DNA of 57,068 bases, filler included, from Sphacelaria rigidula (Eukaryota), in assembly GCA_964200075.2 (NCBI GenBank). It is 4 parts of 4 records of this genome, joined end to end, with 100 filler letters (N's around TTAATTAATTAA, not from the genome) between each part and the next. Parts side by side here need not be neighbours in the genome. Positions count along the whole stretch, not along the records: positions 42,878 to 57,068 come from CAXNAA020002399.1; 3 more parts are not named here. One strand, 5' to 3'. Each line of letters begins with the position of its first letter. Position 1 is the stretch's first letter. Below the pieces are notes generated by a model. That model was not told where the DNA came from and made no database searches. It worked only from the letters and a program-made list of their open reading frames with translations. A program made the translations under genes and the position numbers. Shown one piece after another: positions 47,999 to 57,068 of the stretch.

Positions 47999-49746
47999 TC
48001 CCTCCCCCCCCCCCCGCGCGCACACACCTAGTCTAATAATGTATTGCCAACGTTCGAGGGTGTGGTTGTTCTAAAAAAACAGCTTGTGAGGGGAAACGCC
48101 TCATTGTTCATCTGGTAAATAAAGGTGGCTTTGGCCCCCCTCTATCGTTGAACGACTTCACAGGTAGAAGCTTCACGGCCACGGTCCACACTTTACCTCA
48201 AGGTTGGCAAGATGCTTGAGTGAGCATGTAAGGTCGGTACGCTACTCTTATTTATGCGAGCCAACTGATTTCAAACATCGCTATACGTGAGGAGCGTTGA
48301 GCTTTAAAGATGTGGGCCACGGCAAAGTAGCGACTGCAGGAGACACAAAACGATCGCCATGCATATGAATAGATTTTCTGAAAAACGCTCGATCGATCGA
48401 GCAGGCAAATTCATGTTTCCGTAAGCAGCGCCCAAAGTTAGTGTGTATGTGTTCCTCAGTTCTAATAACTACCCTCGGTATGTAGAGAAAAAACTTACTA
48501 TACAGGTACGATGATAATTGGGGTGGACTCCGGTCATCAGAATCCCTCAACCCTCAGGAAGCAATCAATCACTTTGTGAACGTAAGGAGGGTACAAATAT
48601 CCACTTTAACTTCGATGAAATCTCATCCCCGGACTTTATCCCGACACGTACAAATTACTCGTGTCATGATTACTTTGCCCCCTTACATCTGAAATGACGA
48701 CGGCTAGAATGATGTTCAGCATTGGCCTGAAACACGGCAGTTGTCCGGGTGTTGTAGCGAGCAGTCTTCGTTCACCGCTGCCCTTCCTCAGCTACTATAC
48801 ATTTGTGTGATCAAATACGAGGTACAAGTTACCTACCACAGCCATATACTTGACTCAATACACACCAACTACGGTTACACTCCCTATTTTGCCCCATGCG
48901 CAACTTTTTGTGGCTTTCACTTGGCTTGCAACTACAATAATATACAGTACTACTACAGGTTTGGCCGCGTTCACGAATAGAGCGCGGAGCACGAGGCCGA
49001 GTCTAATCAAGACCCAAAAACGAAGCGAGAAAGGAAACGAGCATGCGAACGCAGAATGTTGATGAGTCGCCGCAGCCATAGAGTCGCCCGGCAATCAATT
49101 AACGCGCGGCTTTTAGAAGCTTGTTTCATTGCTCGCTTCTCTTTGGTCTCGGTAAATAAAGGCGGACGGGGCCAGACTGCCCACTGCCCAAGCGGCAATA
49201 AATGTGCGGGGGAACGCAAGCCCCATCTTAACGGACTGAAAAAACAGCGAAGAAAGAGCAGCAACGCAAGTTTCCAAAAGCAGCGTATTGATTGGTCATC
49301 GATGTCGCGGCAACCAATCAACACACTGCTTCTGGACACTTGCTTTACCTTTGGCTATTTTTTCCAGCTCTATAAGACACGACGACCTCAGAGCTGAAAG
49401 TTGTTGGCAGTTGGCAGATTTCCCAAAAACGCCAACCGGCGCCGATTGCACCGCTTCTACTCGACCCGCTCATGGTTCAACTTGACGTCAAAATAAGTTG
49501 ACATCGCGCACGCTTTCATACTCACTACGAAGCATCGAACGCCATCGCTAACGACGGGTTTTCCCACACGCTTTCACTTCATCTAAAGAATATCTCTGCA
49601 TCCAGCTACTAATTTGACCACGCTTGCTACAGGTTTCGATCCCTTTGACAGCCACACTCCAGCGTATCCTTTACACAGCAGTACCCGACCGTGTTCCAAG
49701 TTGAGAAACCGCCAAGAGTATCGCCCACGCCATACCACGCGAGACA

Positions 49747-49854
49747 ATGCCGGCTTCGATGTACGGACATCAGCTTTTCGATGGAGGACAAAAGGAAACT
49801 TACCATGGCCCTAAGCCTAGGATGGCTAACCACGCCCAACCTTTTGCTCGCGAG
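49747..49854 (+). CDS. ICL: Isocitrate lyase, probable exon 1
   Basis: ATG..MPASMYGHQLFDGGQKETYHGPKPRMANHAQPFARE|GTAAGC, with an in-frame stop upstream. Splices to give FAREVERMKQWW, like the ICL F..EV.....WW pattern. Confidence 0.7.
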
Positions 49855-49949
49855 GTAAGCGTCATTCAATGAGTGAGTACCATACTTGATTTTTTTCACG
49901 TCTCGAGCTTTGAAACAGCATCCACAACAGTGTAGAACAACAGTATGTG

Positions 49950-51100
49950 GGGCTGCCAGTAGCCCACAACGGTCGGTGGGTTGTGTGCGGAGACCAGTCG
50001 CGCACTCAATAGCTTTATCTTCAACTCTACCGTGCCGAAAATATACGAGCGTAGGTACAAGCCGATACCACCAGTCCTACCATCACATGATCTATCATAG
50101 TTGGTTTGTGGTTCGCTTCGGAGAGTGGCTCCCGCCGCCAACGGGTACAAGGTTTCCAGCCGAAGCCCTCAGGATTCAGCCCGCCTCAAGAAGTTTGGGT
50201 GGACACCTTTTTTGGTGTACAGTACTGTACGAAGAAACCACGTTACTTTTGGTGAACATTTGTGGGGAAGTTGCTTGAATCATAGAAGTCTGGGCACAAA
50301 ACCATGCACAGATCGCTACCGTTGTCCCGACACCGTGGTACATCCGCTCCGAGGGGTCTCCTGTTGTGTGTCAATGTACCCGCCGGTGTCGTACCGTGTG
50401 TGCGTCGAGTTGGCCAAGAATCGCTCTCGATCGTCTTGGTGCAAAGGGGTGTACAACAGTATAGCTGTTTCGTACAGAATATATTTGTGTGCGGAGAATC
50501 TTCACGTCAGCGCTCGATATATCAATGTGCTCAATCTTTTGGTGATGACTAAGTTTCGCTGGACAAAACCTCCATCTTCGCGAGCGTCGTAATCGCGCCA
50601 GCGGGGAGGCCTCTGCCATCCAGACAAGTACACCTCTCCAAAGTTCGTTACTACGCCAGCTTCTGATTGTTGCAGGAATACGTTGTGACCTATCCTGACG
50701 TTCCGTACTGACTTCCCAAGTATTCGTCTTTCACGACAGAGACGCCCACAGTTGATGTGCGTCAGGATTATGGCATTGGTCTTCTGTGGTGACAACCGGT
50801 TGATTGGCAAAAACCTCACGCACAGCACTCGCGTCTTGACTGCAGTGAGCACTTTGCGGCGGACATGGTGTTGGGTGCATGATTTTTGCTTGCGGGACAC
50901 AATTTGTTTCAGTGTACCGAGCAATATACGTGTTGGAGCCGGTTTCACCATATTTTGTGTTGAAGTTGGACTTCAACACCCAGAGCATAAACAACATTCG
51001 ACGGTAAGAGCGGACGACCTAATGGTGCTGCACTCATGGACAAACAATGAGGATATGTAGCATCACACTCGGTCTAACAGAGCGTGAGCTCGTTGGTGGG
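49950..51100 (-). pseudogene. Possible KDZ transposase fossil in ICL intron 1
   Basis: Minus-strand C/HGF..SMIQATSPQMF (~50250-50310) then GFGWKPCTRWRREP..MIDH (~50085-50170) resemble HG.C.GF.M..ESP and YDFGCKL..YC.xREP..VD.FH. Confidence 0.35.
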
Positions 51101-51666
51101 TCAAACCACCTCGAAAATTAAAGCCATTTGTAAATTATGCGACCCGTCTGGAACACATTTTTGTGCATTACAGCACTCGGTCGCTGGTCATGTAGTATAC
51201 AGGAAATACAGCACGCACCCCGTAATTTTTCTCGAAGCACCCTAGTATGCTGGTGGTGGCTGGGGTCTCGTGCCTGTTGTAATCTACTCGTCTAGGCTCT
51301 CAAACATCAGCAGCAGTGTTTTAGCCGTGAGACGCATATCGCCCGGCGCACGGTCGCATGGTCGGTGATCCTGACGCTTTATTGTTGACGAAGGACCGGA
51401 TTCTTGCGTATCTGGCCGTGATAGACAGGGGCCGTATACATACTTTACAGAAAACAAATTTCGCAATATGTGTCTGGGTAGCAGATAACTGACTTCCTCA
51501 GCTCTTGCGATGAAGGCCAGCTTTGTGCCATACGTGCTTGCGGCTTGCCTACTACAAATTTGAGGTCGAGACTCCGTGCAGAGTGTAAACGTTCCCGAAA
51601 TATGAAGCACACATTCAAGACACAAATATAGCATTTCGAATGAATCCAGCTCATTTGTGTTTGCAG

Positions 51667-51789
51667 GTAGAGAGGATGAAGCAGTGGTGGACATCTCCCC
51701 GTTTCCGCCATACGCTGAGGCCCTTCAGCGCCGAGGAAGTGGTGTCGCTCAGGGGCACTATACCTGAGACATACGCTTCTAACATCCAG
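51667..51789 (+). CDS. ICL: Isocitrate lyase exon 2
   Basis: TTGCAG|VERMKQWWTSPRFRHTLRPFSAEEVVSLRGTIPETYASNIQ|GTATGA. Confidence 0.93.
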
Positions 51790-52257
51790 GTATGAGATAA
51801 ACAGTTTTGTGCTGTGAACGATGGAAACTCTGTTGTTGCACGATACGATGCAGGAAAGATGAGGCAGCAGCGAAAACCAAGGTTCAATTCGTGATTGAGG
51901 CCTCATCAATATTCTACCCTTTCGCTCTGTTGAATTCAGTCAAAGATATCACTGTTCAGCTGTGTCTTTGATTTGCCTTTTTGTGGGTCTGTCGCATACC
52001 TCTGGGGTGTCACCTGGCAGGCGTGCCGTTCTCCCTCCGCATCCGAGTGATGCTTGTAAGTATGCCTGGTTCTCCACGCTATCTCATGTTTTGGTGAACC
52101 CTCTATCCCATTCCTCCCCGCATACCCATCTAGTTGTACATTCGTCCCTTTACCGAATTGCTGCATTGCCGATCACCTGTGATACATTGGCTCTTGACCT
52201 TTTCTTTCACTTTGGATTCTTCTCATCTCTAATATATTCTACTCGATTTTGATGTAG

Positions 52258-52341
52258 GCTCGGAAACTGTGGGAGCTATTGGAGAGCAAGCAAACCACGG
52301 GAGGCTTCTCCCACACCTTCGGTGCCCTAGACCCAGTTCAG
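52258..52341 (+). CDS. ICL: Isocitrate lyase exon 3
   Basis: TGTAG|ARKLWELLESKQTTGGFSHTFGALDPVQ|GTAAGT. Confidence 0.95.
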
Positions 52342-52432
52342 GTAAGTACTGCACTGTATTTTCCTGACTCCCATTGATCACTTAGTTACCGAGTGTCACA
52401 GCGGTATTCTCGACACAATAGATTTGCTACCG

Positions 52433-52769
52433 GCCCCCAGTGGTGTGAATTAAAATGGTCCTACTATCACCACTAGGGCGAAGAAACCGTGGGTTTGATT
52501 CCTATTATTTACAGATGCGCTGGATCTTTTCTTCGACGGGTCTGATTTTCACCGTCGAAAGTATGAGGACGTGGGTAGACAGAAGTAGTTGGCTGAGATT
52601 GTTTGACGAGAGTTGACGGGGCGCGGGAGCGCTTACCCCGTCCGCGAGACCAAAATGCCAAGCGTGTACCGGGGGAGAGATGGGTTAGTCCCTTGACCCG
52701 CGGAGTCGCCCCCAGGAAGGGTAGGGGTTTCGAGTGTGACAAGAGTAAAAGTAAAAATAGAAGTAAGTA
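52433..52769 (+). mobile_element. tRNA-derived SINE in ICL intron 3
   Basis: A-box-like TGGTGTGAA..TGG, B-box-like GGTTTGATTCC, and a 3' tail of GTAAAA-like repeats. The head is homologous to 57006-57068. Confidence 0.65.
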
Positions 52770-53470
52770 CACCATTACATGTCATGAGGGCACCCTACAG
52801 TAGCTACGCCACACACAGAGAGACCTCTTCGCCACTCATTGATTATATAACAGCTGCGGGATCGCTTCAAGTCTAGCTCTGGACTCAAGATGAACGTACC
52901 TGAGGTGACCACACGCATACATATCTTGCAAAAAAAATCAACCAGAAGGGACACGAGAGGAGGAAAAACAAGTCACACAGCTAACTCATTCCGACAAAAA
53001 TGCCGGACTAGATGATGTTGAGAGGAGACTTCTGCAAGCCGTTGGTGGAGCTGTTGAGAGGGGTTTGTTCGAATGCACGCCGTGGAAGAAGGTTGAGACC
53101 TTGCTATCCCGTAACTGCTTTGCATAAGCGATTCCAATCACTGGTCTGAACCTCGGACGCGCAGTCATTGAAATTCAGATGGGAGAGAGAGACAAATACA
53201 GAAAAATGAGCGGAGAGCTAGATTTGTAACCCAGAGAGCAGAAACACCACCCGACAGGGCAGGAAAGTTCTGTTGAAGATTGTGTTCGTCCCAAGGGTTC
53301 GCGGAGCCACGCGACATCTTGCAATCCCTTTCAGGATAAGGTTAAAGTACGAGAACATTCAAAAGAGCCAGGGTTTAAGTCACAGTCAGGTCCCTCCCCC
53401 CCGACATTTTTTGCTCCCTGTGTTTCGTGCGTATGTTTGGTTTTCTACCGTACCTCGTGTGCGAGCACAG

Positions 53471-53544
53471 GTTATCGAGATGGCCCCGCATCTGGAAACA
53501 GTGTACGTGAGCGGGTGGCAGTGCTCGTCCACCGCTAGCACCAG
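53471..53544 (+). CDS. ICL: Isocitrate lyase exon 4
   Basis: CACAG|VIEMAPHLETVYVSGWQCSSTAST(S)|GTGGGG contains the YVSGWQ signature. Confidence 0.96.
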
Positions 53545-53680
53545 GTGGGGTGAACATGTCTTGCGCTGTTATTGAGATAAATTACTTTGGTTCTCTGTAA
53601 CCACGAATCTAGCGAGTACGACCATTTACGTTTTCAACCTCCACAGACGTAAAACATGTTAGAGCCCCCCCCTTCTTTTG

Positions 53681-53777
53681 CCTGGTCCGGCGAAAACCCG
53701 GCGTGCTCCGTCCCGGCTTTGTAGGGATGCGAGGTCAATGGTCTTATGACTATGGCATGCATGATCATGAGTACACA
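53681..53777 (+). mobile_element. Retroelement family A (copy 4, strongly 5'-truncated) with TSD
   Basis: Flanks CCCCCCCCTTCTTTTG(C) and CCCTTCTTTTTGC. Confidence 0.8.
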
Positions 53778-54076
53778 CCCTTCTTTTTGCTGCAGAAGTA
53801 TACATTCGTTGTGTCTACACTTTTACAACAAAGCGAGCTCTGTAAGTGAGGATTCCACATAATTACACTCTCTTGGGCAAATAATGTACACCGGCGGCCT
53901 TTGCCTAGAGATTGATACATCCTCAGAGAGCACAGTGGGTAACATACAACAAATGTTGCACTGGATCATAGGGGAGCTGTCAGTGGCATCAGTCAAATTA
54001 CTTGTGCTTTGCCCTCACCGAGAAGTTTCCACGAACAACATGGTGCTGTCCTCTTCTGTTCTTTTCCCTTCGACAG

Positions 54077-54182
54077 CAACGAGCCCGGGCCAGATTTCGC
54101 GGATTATCCGTACGATACTGTACCGAACAAGGTGGACCAGCTGTTCAGGGCTCAGAAGCATCACGATCGTCGCCAACATGAC
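54077..54182 (+). CDS. ICL: Isocitrate lyase exon 5
   Basis: GACAG|(S)[41 protein letters not shown]. Confidence 0.96.
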
Positions 54183-54231
54183 GTGAGCAGCAACTGCAGA
54201 GTTTAGGGTCGTGCGGGAGATGGGAGGGGGG

Positions 54232-54744
54232 TGCTGTGGGTATGATCTTGCATGCGGTAATCATATGACCGTTGACTTCTCATCCCTACAAAGCCGGGAC
54301 GCAGCATACTGTGTTTTCGCCGGGCCATGCTAGCAATCACCAAGCGTGAAGCGCCGTGATGTGTTCGGCGAGTCGCATGAAGGGTGAGCTGCACCCTGCT
54401 GAGATTGTCCGGGCCGAAGCTTACTATTATCTTGAATTATGGATGACAGTCTGGAATGAGTCGCTTCATTTTCTAGTATCGCCACTTCCAGAGACAGCGA
54501 CGGGATACACTGCCTCATGGGGGTTTCACCAGTTGAACACAACGTGCTATGGCCATACCCTTTGCGTGGAGTTGAGGCTCTCAACCTCGCATAATGAGAT
54601 TTAACTCGACAATCATCTTGGTGACCGCAAAAAAACGCAAGCGAGAAAGCAACTGCAACCTGGTTGCCTCGCTTACGCAGTAAGTGATGTGTTTTACAGC
54701 GTCATTGCAAAACGCCAAACGTCGCCAACAATCCTGGGTGTGGA
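54232..54744 (-). mobile_element. Retroelement family A (copy 5)
   Basis: Reverse-complement copy. G-tracts (C-tracts on the element strand) at both flanks, each followed by ..CACGA. Confidence 0.85.
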
Positions 54745-55544
54745 TCGTGGAGGGAGGGGGGGGGAGGAGAGGACGCATCAGGGAGGCAGAGAACCAGCAC
54801 CGACAATGTTGGTTCATAGTTTCTCTCGATGATTGGGTCTCCTGATTTAACGAGCAGTGCAATAAGCGACGATTCTCCAGTATATACCATCCGCTGCCAC
54901 CCCCTTATAGAGCGTAAGCTATGTTGTGGTACGCGTATGTCCTTGTGTACCGTAATGCGCTGACTATACGCGATGAGGAGATGTTCCGAGTGAGCTGGTG
55001 CACGTTCGTTAACCTTTTCGAACTTGCGTGTGTTGGCCTTTGCACTGCGGAAGTGCTATATTCTCCGTGATTTGTGTCGACCCCAGGAGCCATGTTGTAC
55101 ACACAAAAGAAACGGACGATGCAGCGAGAGATCCCTAAAATTTTAGTTGGGATGGCTTACGAACGACGTCAACAGTGGAGCTAAACCATCATGTTAATGT
55201 TCATTGTATGAATGCACCTCGGGTTACCTTCCTTTGATCACGTACGTCATGAATCACGTGTGACTGAACATACGATTCTCTCGCAATGAGCGCTAGCATT
55301 TGTAGAGATACATGCATTCCACAGCTCATTCTGACGCTCATTATCTAATGCTGAAGTAAACAAAGTCTATGACCACAACGGCCGCGAAGGTTCACTGACG
55401 GTCCTCTTTGTTGCTTTGGTGCAAAATACCGCTGTAAAAACGCACGCACATGTTGGCATGACCGCGTCTTGGCAGTTCACGAATGTCTAATGTACATCTC
55501 GTCCTCTGCACATTATGCCGCCGCACACTTCACGCTTTTTTCAG

Positions 55545-55715
55545 GAGCGCTGCTCCATGAGCGAGGGGGAGCGCCACGCGACTCCCGCCGTGGATTACCT
55601 GCGTCCCATCGTCGCTGACGGCGACACAGGACACGGTGGGCTGACTTCAGTCATGAAGCTCACCAAAATGTTTATTGAGAAAGGGGCGGCGGGAATCCAC
55701 TTCGAGGACCAAAAG
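55545..55715 (+). CDS. ICL: Isocitrate lyase exon 6; catalytic KKCGH exon lies beyond the contig
   Basis: [68 protein letters not shown]. Confidence 0.97.
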
Positions 55716-55759
55716 GTACTAGATGCTGAGCCGGCCACGCGCCGGGAGACTCGCCATTA

Positions 55760-56040
55760 TCGATACGCGCAACTCAATGTTCCGCGTTTCGACCTGAAAT
55801 TTTGACACGCAATTTGAACGGTACTCATCGGTACATTCCGAGCGATCTCCGGTCTGCTCATGTTTCCCCCGAGATGCCATCATCCCAGTTGAGGCGGTCG
55901 TATCTCGATCCAACTGACTTGGTTGTGTTTCGGTAAAGACACAGGAGCAACGAGTTTGGTGGAACTATGTCGACAAATCCCTGTGGATCACGCGTTAGAA
56001 TTTCAGGTCAAGACTGGAAACATTGGGCTGCGCGTGGTAT
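55760..56040. mobile_element. Small inverted-repeat element (MITE-like)
   Basis: ACGCGCAACTCAATGTTCC..GACCTGAAATT vs AATTTCAGGTC..GGAAACATTGGGCTGCGCGT. Confidence 0.55.
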
Positions 56041-57005
56041 TATCTGCAGTTTTATCTCGAGGATTGCACTGCTTCACACTTAGTGACAACATCAAGTTTG
56101 AAACTCCGCTGTAAAACCGTTCAGACAAAAATTGCACGTTACCTGAGAACTGTCTTACTGCAGTTTCAGACGGTACCCGAGTGGCGTTGGTTTTCATACA
56201 TCAAATATAGGGTTTCGGCTACACCTTTGGAACGAAGATGACTCACGGATTGCGACGTTCACCGCTCTTCTTCTCGCATCAGGAGTTTCATGTTGGGATT
56301 GTTTTTTTTCATGGGAAATGTTCAGAAGAGCACCAGAATGACTTGACACAAGAAAAAAACAAAGGCAGAGATGTGTGTTTCCCGACGCCAACGCGCCAGA
56401 CTCCTAAGCGATGTGGCTGCGGGTGACCGTCTTAACTAGCCGATTACAAAGACATGCCGATCTTGCCCTGATTCAGTGCCGTTCAAAAGATATGACTATT
56501 CGAGAGAATGTGGTATTCTTGGCCGGCCCAGCTTGTTTATTTCTTGTTTTTTTGGCCGTTGTGCATATATTTCGTGATTTATGCCCTTTAATGTCGCACT
56601 TATCTCTCCATAACAGACGGAAGGTACGAAATATATATATATATATATATGTACACTACACGCTATGTATGTAACGCGTTATCTTTAACTTCGGCAAGAT
56701 AGACCTGCCCAACCTGATCATTTCGTAACACGAAGCGCCACACACGATGGACGTATCTACCACACTGATCGCAGACCCCCCCACGATCCGCGCAACGCCG
56801 ACGATGAAAGGATCCTGTTCACATGAAACCATTTGCACACAAAAGTCTCCACCACAGGCCGCTGGGCGGAGACCATACGGCCGAAGAAATATTGATCTTT
56901 CGATGACTGGCCATTAGAACGATACTCAGAGGCTATATTGTAATACCGCACGAGGTGGTCGCTAGCTGCTTACGGTATGCTTTGACTTTCTTGTATAATC
57001 GCCGC

Positions 57006-57068
57006 GCCCCGGTGGTGTAATGGTCCGAATTTCGCCATTAGGGTGGAGAGAACGGGGGTTCGATTCCC
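57006..57068 (+). mobile_element. tRNA-like SINE head truncated at contig end
   Basis: GCCCCGGTGGTGTAATGG (A box) ... GGTTCGATTCCC (B box). The D-stem does not pair canonically. Homologous to the SINE head at 52433. Confidence 0.6.

Larger units (their letters stand above)
43850..48520 (+). pseudogene. Probable KDZ transposase fossil interrupted by retroelements at 46053-48020
   Basis: Removing the insertions gives FCNTFPPSPGL|IMYCQRSRVWLF*KNSL*GETP, then ACKVG / YSYLCEPTDFKH, then NARSIEQANSCFRKQRPKLVCM. These match, in order, the KDZ motifs TPGLF..CxHG.C.GF..ESP, ACKL..Y..REP..FK and NxQxxEQxNSxL..L.YM. 5' boundary approximate. Confidence 0.55.

Noticed and set aside
57006-57068. tRNA gene with TTA (ochre suppressor-like) anticodon
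   Set aside because: The D-stem and anticodon arm are non-canonical, the sequence is truncated, and it is homologous to the SINE head at 52433.
1-57068. Hammerhead ribozyme cores (CTGANGA...GAAA) associated with the repeats
   Set aside because: The CTGANGA hits I inspected lacked a stem II followed by GAAA with closing stems. This was a manual check only, so an Infernal scan would be decisive.

Overview
This is eukaryotic, TE-rich genomic DNA. The long introns with GT-AG splice sites, about 50% GC and the style of genes and repeats suggest a brown alga or other stramenopile, which is an inference. The window is not contiguous. It is four length-sorted contigs (1-14193, 14294-28485, 28586-42777, 42878-57068; 14193/14192/14192/14191 bp) joined by artificial N44-TTAATTAATTAA-N44 spacers, so adjacency across spacers is meaningless. 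Four partial host genes can be supported: a DHHC palmitoyltransferase (4 exons, - strand) head-to-head with a myosin motor exon in contig 2, a large CKK (CAMSAP/Patronin-type) domain protein in contig 3, and isocitrate lyase (6 exons) in contig 4. The rest is mostly transposon debris: Copia remnants, a mariner-type transposase pseudogene, LINE fragments, tRNA-derived SINEs, several MITE families (including a ~100-bp TTAA-flanked one) and three probable KDZ (Kyakuja-Dileera-Zisupton) transposase fossils. Two signals stand out. First, a LINE and a ~500-bp non-autonomous partner share their 3' ~80 nt, end at C-tracts, and have inserted three times in series into one C-tract target site (46033-48035). 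Second, a ~200-bp-arm hairpin lies at 12919-13355. All calls were made by eye and no searches were run.
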